Part shown: positions 51,950-63,632 of the stretch, piece by piece
Layout of the letters: every line of letters begins with the position of its first letter
How positions within the stretch are numbered: position 1 is the first letter of the stretch
Assembly (NCBI RefSeq): GCF_016432865.1
Contig: NC_067403.1
Coordinates: 255,564,001 to 255,628,000, forward strand
From: Antechinus flavipes
Taxonomy: Eukaryota
DNA: 64,000 nt
Reading direction: 5' to 3'
Program-made: the position numbers and the translations under genes
Notes under the pieces: generated by a model
Databases searched by the model: none
Told to the model about the DNA's origin: nothing
The model's input: only the letters and a program-made list of their open reading frames with translations

Positions 51950-53300
51950 AGCACCAGGCCCCATAAAGACCCTTCATGAGGCCTAAGCAGTGGGGCCATG
52001 AGCTGAGCGAAGGCTGGACAATGGGAGTATGGTGCACTGGCAGCTGGGCAGTGAAGGCCCTTCAGCCCCAGCCAAGGTCCCTGCCTTGGACATTATGCCA
52101 ATCACGCCAATACCAGGTTCACTGGGCCATCCCAGTGTCCCCAAGGACTTGGGGCGCGGGCCACTGACCCCTTGGGAGTTGGTACCTAGACCTGTGTCAG
52201 TCACTGTGGGTAAGGTCAAATGGAAACCCCTGGAGTTGCCTGAAGCAACACTCAAAAACTCAGCCCTCCCCCCTTCCCCGGGGAAGTCATTTCCCCTGGA
52301 GCTGGAGGAGCTCGGCACTGTGCTCTCCCAGGCCCCGCCATGGAACACGGCCCTTCCTGGCCTCATCCTCCCGTTCTAATCCAAACGATGGCTGAGGAAA
52401 GTGGGGAGCAGAGGTCAAAGGGGCCAAAGTGGGGGTGACCGACTCCCCCAGACCTCGGTGGCAGAGACCCCCGGGAAAACACCCAGCTTCTGCCTATGTG
52501 TGTTTTGCAGAACACAGCAGAGGGTATCCAGAAGCTACTGCTACTTGCCAGCACAGAGAACCCTGGCAGCTGCGTGTGCCTCTGCCCAGCCAGCAGTGTC
52601 ACGGGCACTAGCTGTGGGTGGCGCTGTTGGCAAGGTCAATAAGCAGTTATGAGTCCCTGGAGGCCGAGGCCCTCCACTTCTGCCAGCCCAAGCCGGTGGT
52701 CCCACATTTGACAGGTATTCACACCTAACTTTTGGCGGCCCCGAGTCCCGAGGGACAAGCGCAGCCAGTGGCCGGCAGATGAAAAAGCCTGGAGGGATGA
52801 GCCACGCAAGATCTTTATTTAAAGCGATTCTACAGGTTTGGTCGAACAGTGGGAACAAGCCTAGAAACCCAATGGAGGAATTTCTGTCTTCCTCCATTAG
52901 CTCTTCTTGGGGCATGCTGCTATTAGCGACTTTTACTCTCGGTTGTACTGACCCTCCAGGCCGATGCCCTTAAAAGGACGGCAAAGGTCAGAGTGGGTGT
53001 CCATTGCCAACATGGAAATAGATGCCATGCCGGGGCAGACGTGGGCCATGATCCTACTGACTAAGTGTGAAAGAGCTACTTCTGCCCACCAGAGCTCCTC
53101 ACGCCAATGGCCAAAAACCTGAGGGAATAAGAGCCTGTCCCGTGTGCCCCGACTTCTAGGGCAGGGTGTCCCACCTCCCAGCAGTCACGTCCACGATAAG
53201 AGCGTTGTGTCCTTCACAGGGAAGGGGCGAGGACGAGCTCTCTGGTCCTGTTCGGCTGCTTCTTGTACCTCATCTCAGGAAGGCTTCCCTCATAAAGACA
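51950..53300 (+). mobile_element. ERV-L-like (class III) pro-pol fossil, heavily deleted
   Basis: Collinear remnants against recalled HERV-L: VHWQLGS~VHWGKGN; ALDIMPITPIPG~LLDTGSELTLIPG; VGKVKWKPLELP~VGKAKWKPLELP; RGYPEATATCQH~QGYINSPALCHN (52519-52554); TWK*~KWKW; SAHQ (53081-53092); CPVC~CPIC (53136-53147). Confidence 0.7.
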
Positions 53301-53559
53301 AATTAGCAGCCAACCCTCTCCAACCCTCTTTCTCTCTATGCTTAGTCTCAAAATCCCCATTTCTCTCCCCCCTTCCCCCCAGCCCGGGGTAGGGGCCTCC
53401 ACGTTTTGGGGGAAATGGCTCAGGTCCCCCTCTATGAGCAGGCTTCCCTTTCCATAGAATGCTTCAGGTAAGTTCTTTCCTGAGAGGGCCTGGAGGACCA
53501 TGGGGCTGTACTGATGTGAAAGAAGTGAGCTATCTCAGCATAATTACAATTCACATGAA

Positions 53560-54005
53560 TTTACCTGCACCAAAGGGTCTCTCGACGGCAACCTCAAATC
53601 CCTGGATGAAGGTGGGGAAGACTCCTCGTCCAGGCCCTGGAGAAGAGACGACAGCCTGTTAGCCAAGTAGCAAAGATCCGCTGACAGCTGACCTCAGAGA
53701 GGTGATGACCTCTCAGCTGTTTCTGACCCCGAGGATGAGTGAGAGTCCTGGAAGGGTAAAGGTCCTCATCCAAGCTGTGGTCCTGGGGTTATATTTGCTC
53801 AGTCATCCCTCTGCACCGGGAAGGGACCTTCGTGTGACCCGTGCCGATGATTTCTGGCCTGTGTTCTCTTCCACGCTGGGACTCATGCTGAACTCCTTTA
53901 GAACCTGTCATTTACCTCTTTGTGACCTTTGCTTTCAGTTTTCTTCTCCCCCCACTAAATAACTTCTTGTACTGCCAGTCAGGCTTTTCCTATTCCTAAG
54001 GACAG
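53560..54005 (+). mobile_element. Possible LTR at the 3' end of the ERV-L-like fossil
   Basis: Located just after the pol remnants. Has a pyrimidine-rich end with taaataac and a terminal CA. No matching 5' LTR was recognised. Confidence 0.3.
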
Positions 54006-57000
54006 GGGCTTGTCAGGGCCCTTTAAGGAGTCAGAGGTTGCCTAGAAGGTCTACAGACTCATGATGGAAGTAACGTCTTCTAGGGACTGTGCCACACAGA
54101 CGGGCTGGTTTTTCCTTATTAGGCAAGGAACTGGGTCCAGGGGTTTAAGGCCCCGGCCCTGCTCTGGCTTCTAGATCCAGTAGGGAATATTGAGCCGCTG
54201 AGGCGGCAGGGACTCTCAGACCAGCCATTTCCCACTCTCAAAGATATCCCTGATTTTGCGATGACACTGTCTCACAGGGGTTGCCAAGGTGCAGGTGACT
54301 TACAAGGCAAAGAGCAGAGCCCCAGTAGAGGGAAGGTACCAAGTCTGATTTGTCAGTGTGGGCCCAGAAGCTATCGCCATGGAGACGGCTCATGGGAAAT
54401 CAGGAAGTTGTCTGGGACGGTGGCCCATCAATATGACAAAAGACGGAAATGGACGATGTTGGAGGGGAGATGGGGAGACGGGCAAACTGGTACATTGCTG
54501 GTAGAACGCTGACTGACCCAGTTCTTACGTAATCCAAGTTAGGGTTACACTCTAAGTCACTAAGAGGTGTGTGTTCTTTGATAAGATAACTATAGGATTA
54601 TTAAAACCAAAGATCTTGAGGTGGAAGGGACCTTAGAGGCCATCAGGTTCAGTTCCCTCACTTTAGAGATAGGGACATTGAGGCGAGATAATAATTTGCC
54701 CAAGGTCAAACATCTCATAAGTGGGTGTAGCAGAATCTGAACTCGACTTTTTTTTTTTTTTGCTGAGGTGATTGGGGTTAAGTGACTTGCCCAGAATCAC
54801 ACAGGTAGGAAGACCCAAAGTGAGCAGAACAGGGAGAACATTTACGTAATGACGACAATAACCTAAATAAAGGAAAACAACACTGATAAGACTTCACAAT
54901 TTTAATCAAAGCATGGAACAACATGGCCGCTGAGGGCTGACATAGCCATGCCCTCCCGCCCCATGGGAGAGGGGTGGCCCATTATAGGTGTGGAGAAAAG
55001 CCTGACTTTTCAGACATGACCACCAGGTTGATGTTTTCCTTGACCGTACTTATTTGTTACAAAGATTCAATTGGTCCTGTGGTATGTGTCAGTGGGGAGT
55101 GACAGTTATATTAAAAATATATGAATAATTAAAATATGGAAAAAACAAAACAAAATAAAAAAAACCCTGAAAGATAATAGATGAATGGCAGGGATGATGG
55201 AAGGCCTAGAGAGAAGCATGGAGCACTTCTGTGGAAGTTAGAGAAGCAGGGGAAGAAGAATCATGTGGAATGAGAAACGGGGATGTGTATATATTGATCT
55301 GCCCCAATGGACATATGGGAGTATGGTGGGACCTCGACACATGGCGAGATCCTCAGATGATGCTCTCCACGGGGACAAAGGAGACCCAGCTCGATCTCTA
55401 TCAGCGTTTTCAGTGACCCCAACCTGTTCCCTGCACAAGTCCAAGTCTTCAAACCCTCATTTCCACAGGAGATGTTTAAGTGCTGTTAATCAAGGAATAC
55501 TAAGAGTTCAGAAGACCCTCATGGCAAAATCCTAAAGGGAAATAAGGAGACCTCCAAACAAGCCTCCATGCTGCCATTTATACAGGATATTCCAACTGCC
55601 TTGTCTCCACGCCTTAGCACCAGTTGTGTCTTGTCTTGACCGACTCCTTCCGCCCCCACTCCATCCATCTTCACCTCCGCCTCTTGTTTAGCTCAACTGT
55701 CACCTCAGACAGAAGCTGTTCTTATTTCTCGGCAACAGGGCCTTCCTTGGGAAATCCCTTCGAACATACTCATGTCATATTCTCCTTGTAGCTCCCCTCA
55801 CACCTCCATGAATGCAGCATTCTCAAGGTCAAGGGTTTTTGATTTTTGTCTGCATTCAATCAATCAACTGGCATTTATTAATTAAGATAATTGAGAAGCA
55901 AGCCCTCCTCAGAGACGCCTCCATTCCTAAGAAGAAAATCCAAGAGCCACCATTCTGCCTCTGTAATTTTTCCCTTCCTAAAAAGTGTGTGTGTATGGAG
56001 GGGATGGGGATGGGGGAGTGGGGTGTGTGTGTGTATATGTTCCCTGCAATGAGTCTGGGCCTGGCTCTCTGTGTGTAGTGTTCTCCTTTACCAGAGGCAA
56101 ATGATCTGCAAAGGCAGGAACACTGCACCCCTTGGAGGGTAATGGGGTAGAGAGAAAGGAACAGAAGACCAGGGGGAGCAAGGATTTGCCCCAAGTTCCT
56201 AGGGTGGGTTCCAAGGTTAGAGTGGACAAGAACCACGCCCCCTTTCTGACCTCCCTGTCCACAGCATCTTCTTCTCACTCTTTTTTGTGGGGGTTAGTGC
56301 TCTCAGGCACTTGCTCAGGTGACCTGAGGGAGGGGAAGAAGCAGCTTGGAATTTCTCCCAAGAAGAGGATCTTCTTTCAAAAATGCTCCCTGCAGAGCCA
56401 CAGTTTGGGAGCGAATGAACAGCAGTTTAGGAAGGACCTTCTGAAGAAAGTGTGGGTGGATACTGGGGGGGAGGAGAGGATGGAACTCATTGGAACCCAC
56501 AAAATACCCTCTTATAGAAGAAAAAAAACCCAAAAAACTAATGAGATTTCTGTCTCACCTCTACCCCAAGTCCAGAAGGGAAGATTTTCTAGTATTCAAT
56601 TAAAAAAAAATTCAGTTTCTGTTAGGCCTTGCTATGAATGCTTTTTTTGAATCCAAACAATCAACAAACATCTATTAAGAGCCTATGATGTGCCAGGAAC
56701 TAGGGAATACAAAGAAAAAAAAACAGAGAAACAATCAGCTTTAAAGATGCCCATGTTCTCATGTCCTTGTCTACCCTCTACATTTTCCAGCCAGAAAATC
56801 AGGTACAGGTTGGAAATAGCCTGCAAGTTCACACCAAAATCAGATGGTCCAAGTGGAGACTGGATTCAAGTGCTCAAGCTTTGGGGATCCCTCAGTCAGC
56901 ACAACCCTGACTGCTTACCCAGGAAGGAGTGTCTGCCCTTGGAAGAGGGACTAGGGGGAGTAGGCCAGGAAAAGACTGGTCTTGGAGGAAGCCCAGCCTC

Positions 57001-57800
57001 TCTGCCCCAAGGCAGCCCAAGCATTCCCTTAGCCTTGGGATCTAACTTGGTCTCTGCCGACCCCTACCTGGGATGCCCAATCCCATTCAACCAAGCCTTT
57101 CTGAGGCACCCTTGGACAAGCTTCCTCTCACCTCCTCCTTTTCTCCTTCTAAGCACAGAGAAGATCCATGGGGCTTGGGCATGTACCCTGGATCTGAACC
57201 CCTGTCCAGGGAACCTGTCCCCACCTCTCCCATCGTGGGGGTGGGGGTGGGGGGGGGAAGGCAGCCAAGACGTGCAAACTCTCCAGCCTAGTCCCCGGGT
57301 TTGAATACCTAGTGATTCCTCTTTGGTGGTAATTGGGAGGGGGAGAAGAAAGGGAGGGAGGCTCAGAGAGAAGAAAAGGAGGGATGAGGGAGGAAAGACA
57401 CCAGTTATGATGGCAATGTACCTGAAAACTGTTTAGTTAAAAAAAAAGAAAAAGAAAAAAAAGATGTACATTTTCAAAAACCAATGTAATGATTTTAATA
57501 AAATAGAGGAAGCTGAAGGATGAAAGGAAGACACAAAGATGGGGTAGAGGAGAGGAAGGAAGGGGAAGAGAGAGAAAAGGGAGAGAGGTGGAGGAAGAGG
57601 AAAAGGAAAAAGAATGAGGAAGAGGAGGAAAGAAGGATGAGGAAGGAGGGAGAAAAGAAGGAGAGGAAGAGAGGAGGAGGAGAGGAAGAAGAGGGAGAGA
57701 GAAGGAGGGGACTCACGAAGCCAGCCCCTCCCCGCCCCGCAGTGGCCTGGCATCCCTCTCCTTCAGGGCAGCCGCCCAGGGACGGATCACAACAACTTAC

Positions 57801-58700
57801 CCCGGTGACGGCCCGCGGAAGGTACCGGCCCGGGCAACCTTTGGCCCAAGGCACCAGGAAGCTAGCAGACGCCGCAGCCTAGTAACCGGACTCCCCGCCC
57901 CATCCCAGACGGAAGTGCGGACTGTAGACCCTCCACTTCCGGACGGGGCGGAGAGGCGAGCAGGAGGCTGGGGATGTACCAAGCGCCCCCCTCCTGGATC
58001 CTGTTCATCTCAAAGCGGGTCACTTCAGCGCAGGGCACCAGATAATTCATTAGAGCATTGGCGGGAGCGTATTTCCATGAAGAACTTGGGAAATCAGGAG
58101 TTTGTTGTGGAAGAAAACGCAGTAGTCTCCCCCCGTTCCTCGGGTCAAACATGGTATTATCCTAACGCTCTCTTCAGCCCAGAGGGCTACGGCCCCGCCC
58201 TCGGCCTACAATTTGGCCTGTACCATCGGTGGGGGTGAGAGGTCAAAGAAATTGCTTTTGGAGGGCCGAGGAAACGAAGTCCAGGAGAAATGCGTCCAGG
58301 GTCCACACCTTTAGTAACACTAACATAAACTATGAAGATCATACTAAGTCCGAAGGACATCTTGGGTCCCGGCGTTAAGAATAAAGTTTTTCTAGATCAG
58401 AAACACCACTGCTCTACTCCGTGCGAAAGATAGACCCTCGTGGTTTCTTCAAAGTCGCCGGGACCCTCACAGCCAATCAGGCTCCGAAGGGCGGTGAGGG
58501 GGCGTGACTTCAGTTTAGGTCGGGCTAGCTGAGTCTCCCAGGGGAGTGGCGGGAGATGTGGAAAGTGACACAGGCGCGGAATTACGAAACGCGAATTGGC
58601 TAAGAGGTCTTTAATTAGGGCCTGCATCAGGGGGCGGGGCGGTTAGCATCCTAGAGTCCTCTCCGTAGGCGCCGCTCCGGGGAAGGAGCTTCGGGCTGAG
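57801..58700 (-). promoter_or_regulatory. CpG-island promoter and exon 1 paralogous to SYVN1's (copy C)
   Basis: ccagacggaagtgcggactgtagaccctccacttccgg (57905-57942) versus SYVN1 ccagaccggaagtgcgagccgcagacacctcacttccgg. ggatgtaccaag is shared. Donor GGG|GTAAGT at 57801/57800. Homology to 31030-31580 continues to 59308. Confidence 0.78.
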
Positions 58701-59310
58701 ACCTCTCGCTGCTCCCCGGCTTTCTCTGTCCTTGTCTCGGCCTCTCCATCTCCTCAGTCCCCCCTGCGGAGCAGAGAGTCTGTGGGCTGGGAGATTACTT
58801 TCTATCTCACGTTGGGCGGCGTCTGCGGGGAAACAAAGTAACCTCGGAGGGAAAGGCCTTAGTTGTTACTTTCGGCTTCGCCCCCATCCCTGGCGGGTTT
58901 TCTTGCGTTCCCGAATCTTCTTGAGTCCCTTGCTGGAGATCGGGGCTACCGCACGCCCTCTGGTTATACCCCGGACCCCTAGCTCCAAGCTCTTTATTTG
59001 CGCCTCCTCGGTCTCGGGGTAGCGATAAAGGAGGCCGTTGTAATGCTATGGAAAAGGGCTTTTAGGGATGTGGGGGAGATGTGAGGAGGCTGCCGCCAGA
59101 TGCCAAGGGGGAAGTTCCTCGACCCCCAATATCGGATTATTCAAAAACTTCTGGGAAGAGGGCCCCTGGCCCTAAAGCCTTTCAGAGGAGTTCTCTCTCA
59201 AGCAATTAGAAGCGTGAGAGCTCAGGGTACAAAGGAAAAGGTTTGCCCAAGTCGCAACAGTAGCGGCCCCCTCAGATGGGCCTCCCCCCCCCCAGGTGTG
59301 GCAGTGCCCC

Positions 59311-59810
59311 TGTTGAAGTTGAAAAGGAGACCCCAAAAAGTTAGGATTGCAGGCAGATGTGGCCAGCTGTTTCAAAAAAATGTGCAGGCTTGACCCCATC
59401 TCCAAGTCAAGGGGCAAAGTTTATTATAACCGTAACGCCAATTGAAGCAGGCTAAGTTCCAAAAGAATTTAGCAAAGAACCAGAAGCAAGAAGACATTTA
59501 AAGGAAAAGACCGAGATTCCGGTCTCGTGTCACTGAGATACTAATTTTATGGCTCAGAGATAGAGGAGGGGTCTGGTGTGCCCCCTAGTATTGAATTTTA
59601 TGGTTTAGAGGTGTGGTTGAGAAGTAGTCTGGTTAACCCCTCACCCTATGTCCCGAAACCCTTTTATCACCGCTATCTGGCAGTCAGCAACGTTTGTAGG
59701 ATTCCACTATAGTATTCCTAAGGTCAGGAGACTTTAGGATCATTGACAAATGGAGGGTCAGATTCTCCTAGAAGCTGCGCCCTATCACCCCGACTTAGGG
59801 ATCTTATCAG
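59311..59810 (-). mobile_element. LTR-like insertion where homology between copies A, B and C ends
   Basis: Begins TG exactly where the homology stops. Contains a minus-strand AATAAA near 59420. No TSD found. Confidence 0.4.
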
Positions 59811-60315
59811 GACACGCTCCCCTTCCCTCCACATGGTGTTGGAAGCTATTTTCTTCTAAGAAATGAGCAGAATCAGGAGAACATTTCACACAATAACAGC
59901 GATATTTGTCTGATGATCAGCAAGAATGATTTAGCTATTCTCACTCAACAATACAATGATCTAAGAGAATTCTGAGAGATTTACTATGAAAAATGCTATC
60001 CACTTCAGAGAAAGAACAGCTGGAGTATGAATGCACATAGAAGCATTCTTCTTAAGCCTTTTTGGGGGCCTGCGTTTTCTTTTCTAACATGACTAATATG
60101 GAAATATGCTTTGCAGGACTTCACATGTAGAATCTATAGCAAATCACTTGCCTCCTCAAGGAGGTGGGAGGGGAATAGAGGGAAGGAGAGAATTTTAATA
60201 AATATTTAAATGTTTACATGTAACTGAGAAAAAAAATCTCACAAAATAAACAAGATCGGAAGAATAACCTTCCTGTTGCCTCCTTCACAGAACTGTTGGA
60301 ACAAGAGGATTTTAC

Positions 60316-60343
<28 letters not shown>

Positions 60344-60348
<5 letters not shown>

Positions 60349-60600
60349 GTTAGGTGACTCAATGAATAGAATGGCAAACTTGGAACCAGTAAGACTGATA
60401 GGCCTAAATTGAAATCTAGCCTCAGAGATTTACTTACTGTGTAAATCTGGGCAAGTCACTTAACCTTGTTTGCTTCAGTTCCTCATCTATAAGATGAGTT
60501 GGAGAAAAGAATGGCAAACCATTCTATTATGTTTGCCAAGAAAAGCCCCAATTGAATCAGGAAGAAGAAGTGCATATAATTGAAATGACTCAACCACCAC
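60344..60600 (+). mobile_element. MAR1-type SINE, preceded by an A28 tract and L1 3' UTR remnants (59830-60250)
   Basis: gggcagttaggtg...ctgggcaagtcacttaacc...ggagaaaagaatggcaaaccattctattatgtttgccaagaaaa (RTE-like tail). Confidence 0.75.
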
Positions 60601-61977
60601 ACAAATGGGAACTGTGTGGCCAGCTCTGAAGGCTGGTTAGCCCTTTGGCTATCTTGGCTAATAGTGGTGATAGAATACAGGGAGGTGAGGAAGCATTCCA
60701 CTCCCAAAATGGGGTTCTAAGACTGGCCACCCAACAATGGGGTGTGGGTTGAATCCCCAGTGTTTTCGACCAGGTTCTCGAGGTGTCTCAAGAATTTATA
60801 TTTTTGGGCCGTCTCCAAATCAAGAAGAAAAGATTGTATTATGCTGTTGGCAGCAGGCCGAGTTCCAAATGGGTTTACAGATTAATAGGGAAGGACTCGA
60901 GCAGAATTTAGTGATGCTTCATGGGGTTAAGTTCCAAAAAGGAGTAAGCAAAATAGAGTAACTATGATTTTTTTATAGAAAAAAAAACCCTCAGGGGGTG
61001 GACATCTATAGCTCGGCTTTCTGATTAGCTACAATAACTCGTGATAATTTAGTCAAGTCAAGGAATTCAGCATAAGCCCATTTGAGGACAAGATAATCAG
61101 TGGCCCTCTCTGCTCGTCTCAAGGGACATTTCCAGAGAGCTGTGGGATTCACTGCAACAAAGACCCACTTACATTCAATGAAAGCCTTCTGTTAATGCCC
61201 CTCCCTATGGTCCTTGTAGCTTCCAAGGACCTGGGGTCTTTTGCTGGGATCTTATTCACCCCATCAGTGGGGAAGCAACGGGACTGAAGATGTTGACTGG
61301 GATCCATCGGCAGAGAAAACGGCAGCTATAGATCTCACCATTGAAATCTTCTCTCAACATTGCTTTTGGGAGGTTTACATGAAGCTAGACAGACCAAGAG
61401 AAATTAGACAACTTTGTCTCCTTAGCCCATTCCCAGCCCATGTTCCATTTAGGAGAGTTAAAGCACCGATGAGTAGAATAAAGGTAGAAATGTCTAGTTA
61501 GTGGGTGACAATTGGCTTCTGAGCTGGGCTTTGAAGGAAGCTAGAGAGGCTAAGGAAGCTCCCAGGCCAGACAAGAGAGCATTTGCTTACAGACCTCCAT
61601 GTCTGAGAGAACCTACCACCCCCCTAGGTAGGTCATTCCAATTTGGAGGTTAATTAATCCCTAATTATTAAATCGTGTGGGTTTTTTTTCCCCCTGACTT
61701 CAAGCTTCTTTCATTTCCTGCTTCAAAATTTCCAGTCATTATTCTTGATTTTGTCCTCTAATATATCCTAAATAAACTTAGGGGGTCCTTCAGACACTCA
61801 AGGCAGGGGTCTTCTCTTCTCGGGGCTAAACTGCCCTCTTTGCTTTCCCAGTCCTCAGCTGTCGTGCTCTTCTTTTCTCTAAAATATGATGGTTCTCTGG
61901 GTGCAGGTTTCTTGGAGAGCTTCTGGAGGCAGCCTTAGTTTCAGTTCCAAGTAATAATCACCTCAAATGCAGCCAGG

Positions 61978-62317
61978 TGTTAAAAGTTCAATCTTTTATT
62001 GTCTCCTTCAAAATAGCCCAGTTAGTTTTCTTAGAGGCCTATCTCCCTCCTGGGTTCCAAGGGCTCCAGCTTCAGCCTCCAACTCTCTTTTAATCTTGGT
62101 TCTACTCTATTCAACTGACTCCAGGGGTTCCTTATATATGATTTCTTAAAAGTGTGAACCCAAAGGTTGAGTCCTCCTCTGAGAGAGTGGGATTGTGGGA
62201 GGTGTAAACTTGTGAATCTCCCAACCTTGTGAACTAATGTGTGAACTCTCAAAGGTGTAAACATAAGCATTGTTTCTATCAATTCCAGTGAGTTAACACT
62301 TTGTAAGGATTCTAACA
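61978..62317 (-). mobile_element. Solo LTR (340 bp)
   Basis: TGTTA...TAACA termini. Minus-strand TATATAA at 62132-62138 and AATAAA at 61995-62000. No clean TSD. Confidence 0.8.
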
Positions 62318-62489
62318 CTCAGCATCTCGGCTTTCAAGTTCTCCTTTAGAGTTGTCTTCCCTTATTAGAGTGGAAGCTTCCTGAAGTCAAGCAGCATTTG
62401 TATTTATGTCCTTACAACTTAATGAATACTTGGATGCTTGCTCTTGTATGCTCTCTCTGGCACGCTCACGCTCTCTCTCTCTTTCTCAA

Positions 62490-62870
62490 TTTGAGATAAT
62501 TAGGGTTAAGTGAGTTGCCCAAGGTCACACAGCCAGCAGGCATGTGAGGCCACATTTGAATTCAGGTTCTCCTGACTCTAGAACAGGTGCTTTACCCATT
62601 GTGCCCCTCTCTAACTATGGAGAGGGATGATAAATCATTTTGAAGCTCGATTTCCTTATTTGGACTCAATACTCTCAAGATTCCCCTTCTTCTCTCATAG
62701 CATTTATATAGCATTTGAAAGTTTGCAAAAAGACTTTACTTACATTTGATCCTCTCAATAACCCTGGGAGGTAGATACTAGTATTATCCTGTTTTACAGA
62801 TGAGGAAACTGAGGCTGAGAGGTCGAGAGCAAATGAATGAGGCAGGTTTTGAATTCAGGGCCTATGGATT
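62490..62870. mobile_element. SINE (62490-62610, minus strand) and MIR (62720-62870) fragments
   Basis: gggttaagtgagttgcccaaggtcacacagc and ttttacagatgaggaaactgaggc. Confidence 0.7.
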
Positions 62871-63632
62871 GCCCCCAGGCTGACTTTCTCTGCTTTCTGT
62901 CCTCCAATTCCCAAGCCCTGGGGCAGTTGATCCAAGGCATTGGGAAGTGGAGGTGGGCTGGGGAGAGAGAGAGTGAAGAGATAAGGTCTTTTCCTCTGCA
63001 GCCAAATCAAAATCCCTTGAGTGCCACAGGCCAGGTGCCCAGCCTAGCCTCCCTTAACCCGGGCCCGGGTGACGAGGGGTCAGGTTTCTCTTCTGCTTTG
63101 GACTCTTCAGGTACATGAGCGCCCTTCCTGAGTCCGTTCCTCAGGGGACCTGGAGGGAGTGAGGGGGAGATGGGGAGAAAATAGTCCCTCCAGGAGAACT
63201 GGAAGGAGGCTTGGAAGGGCTAATTGGTGGCTGGGCCCACTTGTGGAGGGGTGGGCGGGGGTGGGGTGGGGCTGAGCCCTTATAGTGAGGAGGTGGGGGT
63301 GGGGAAGGGATAAGCTGTGGGTAATTACCTTGTTCAGGTGAGCTAGCTTCTCTCCCCGGGAGTGTAAGGGGGGCAGTGAGGGTCTGTCAGCCCCCCCCCC
63401 CCGCCAGCTGCTGAGGCCGGAGAGGATGGGTTTGTGGGGGACACCCAGCAAGTTTTCCTTGCTGGCTCTGAGGGTGGGGCTGCAGGACAGGGGGATCTAT
63501 AGCCCCACCCTCAGGCAGGTGCCCCACCTCCCCCAGCTGCTCCACCATTTGCCAGGTCCCCCTAGACCAGTGGAGAGGCTGAGGCCGAGTCCTGCCTCCT
63601 CCTCCCTGAGGCCGGGTTCTGCCCCCTGACAG

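Larger units (their letters stand above)
47400..59310. repeat. Segmental duplication unit C (paralogous to 38620-47350), expanded by TE insertions
   Basis: Shares the collinear blocks listed for unit B and abuts unit B at about 47350-47400. Confidence 0.8.

Noticed and set aside
56251-56267. The MLW start of the unit-C ORF resembles the recalled human SPDYC N-terminus (MLWAI)
   Set aside because: Opposite strand to SPDYC and only a three-residue match, so coincidence.
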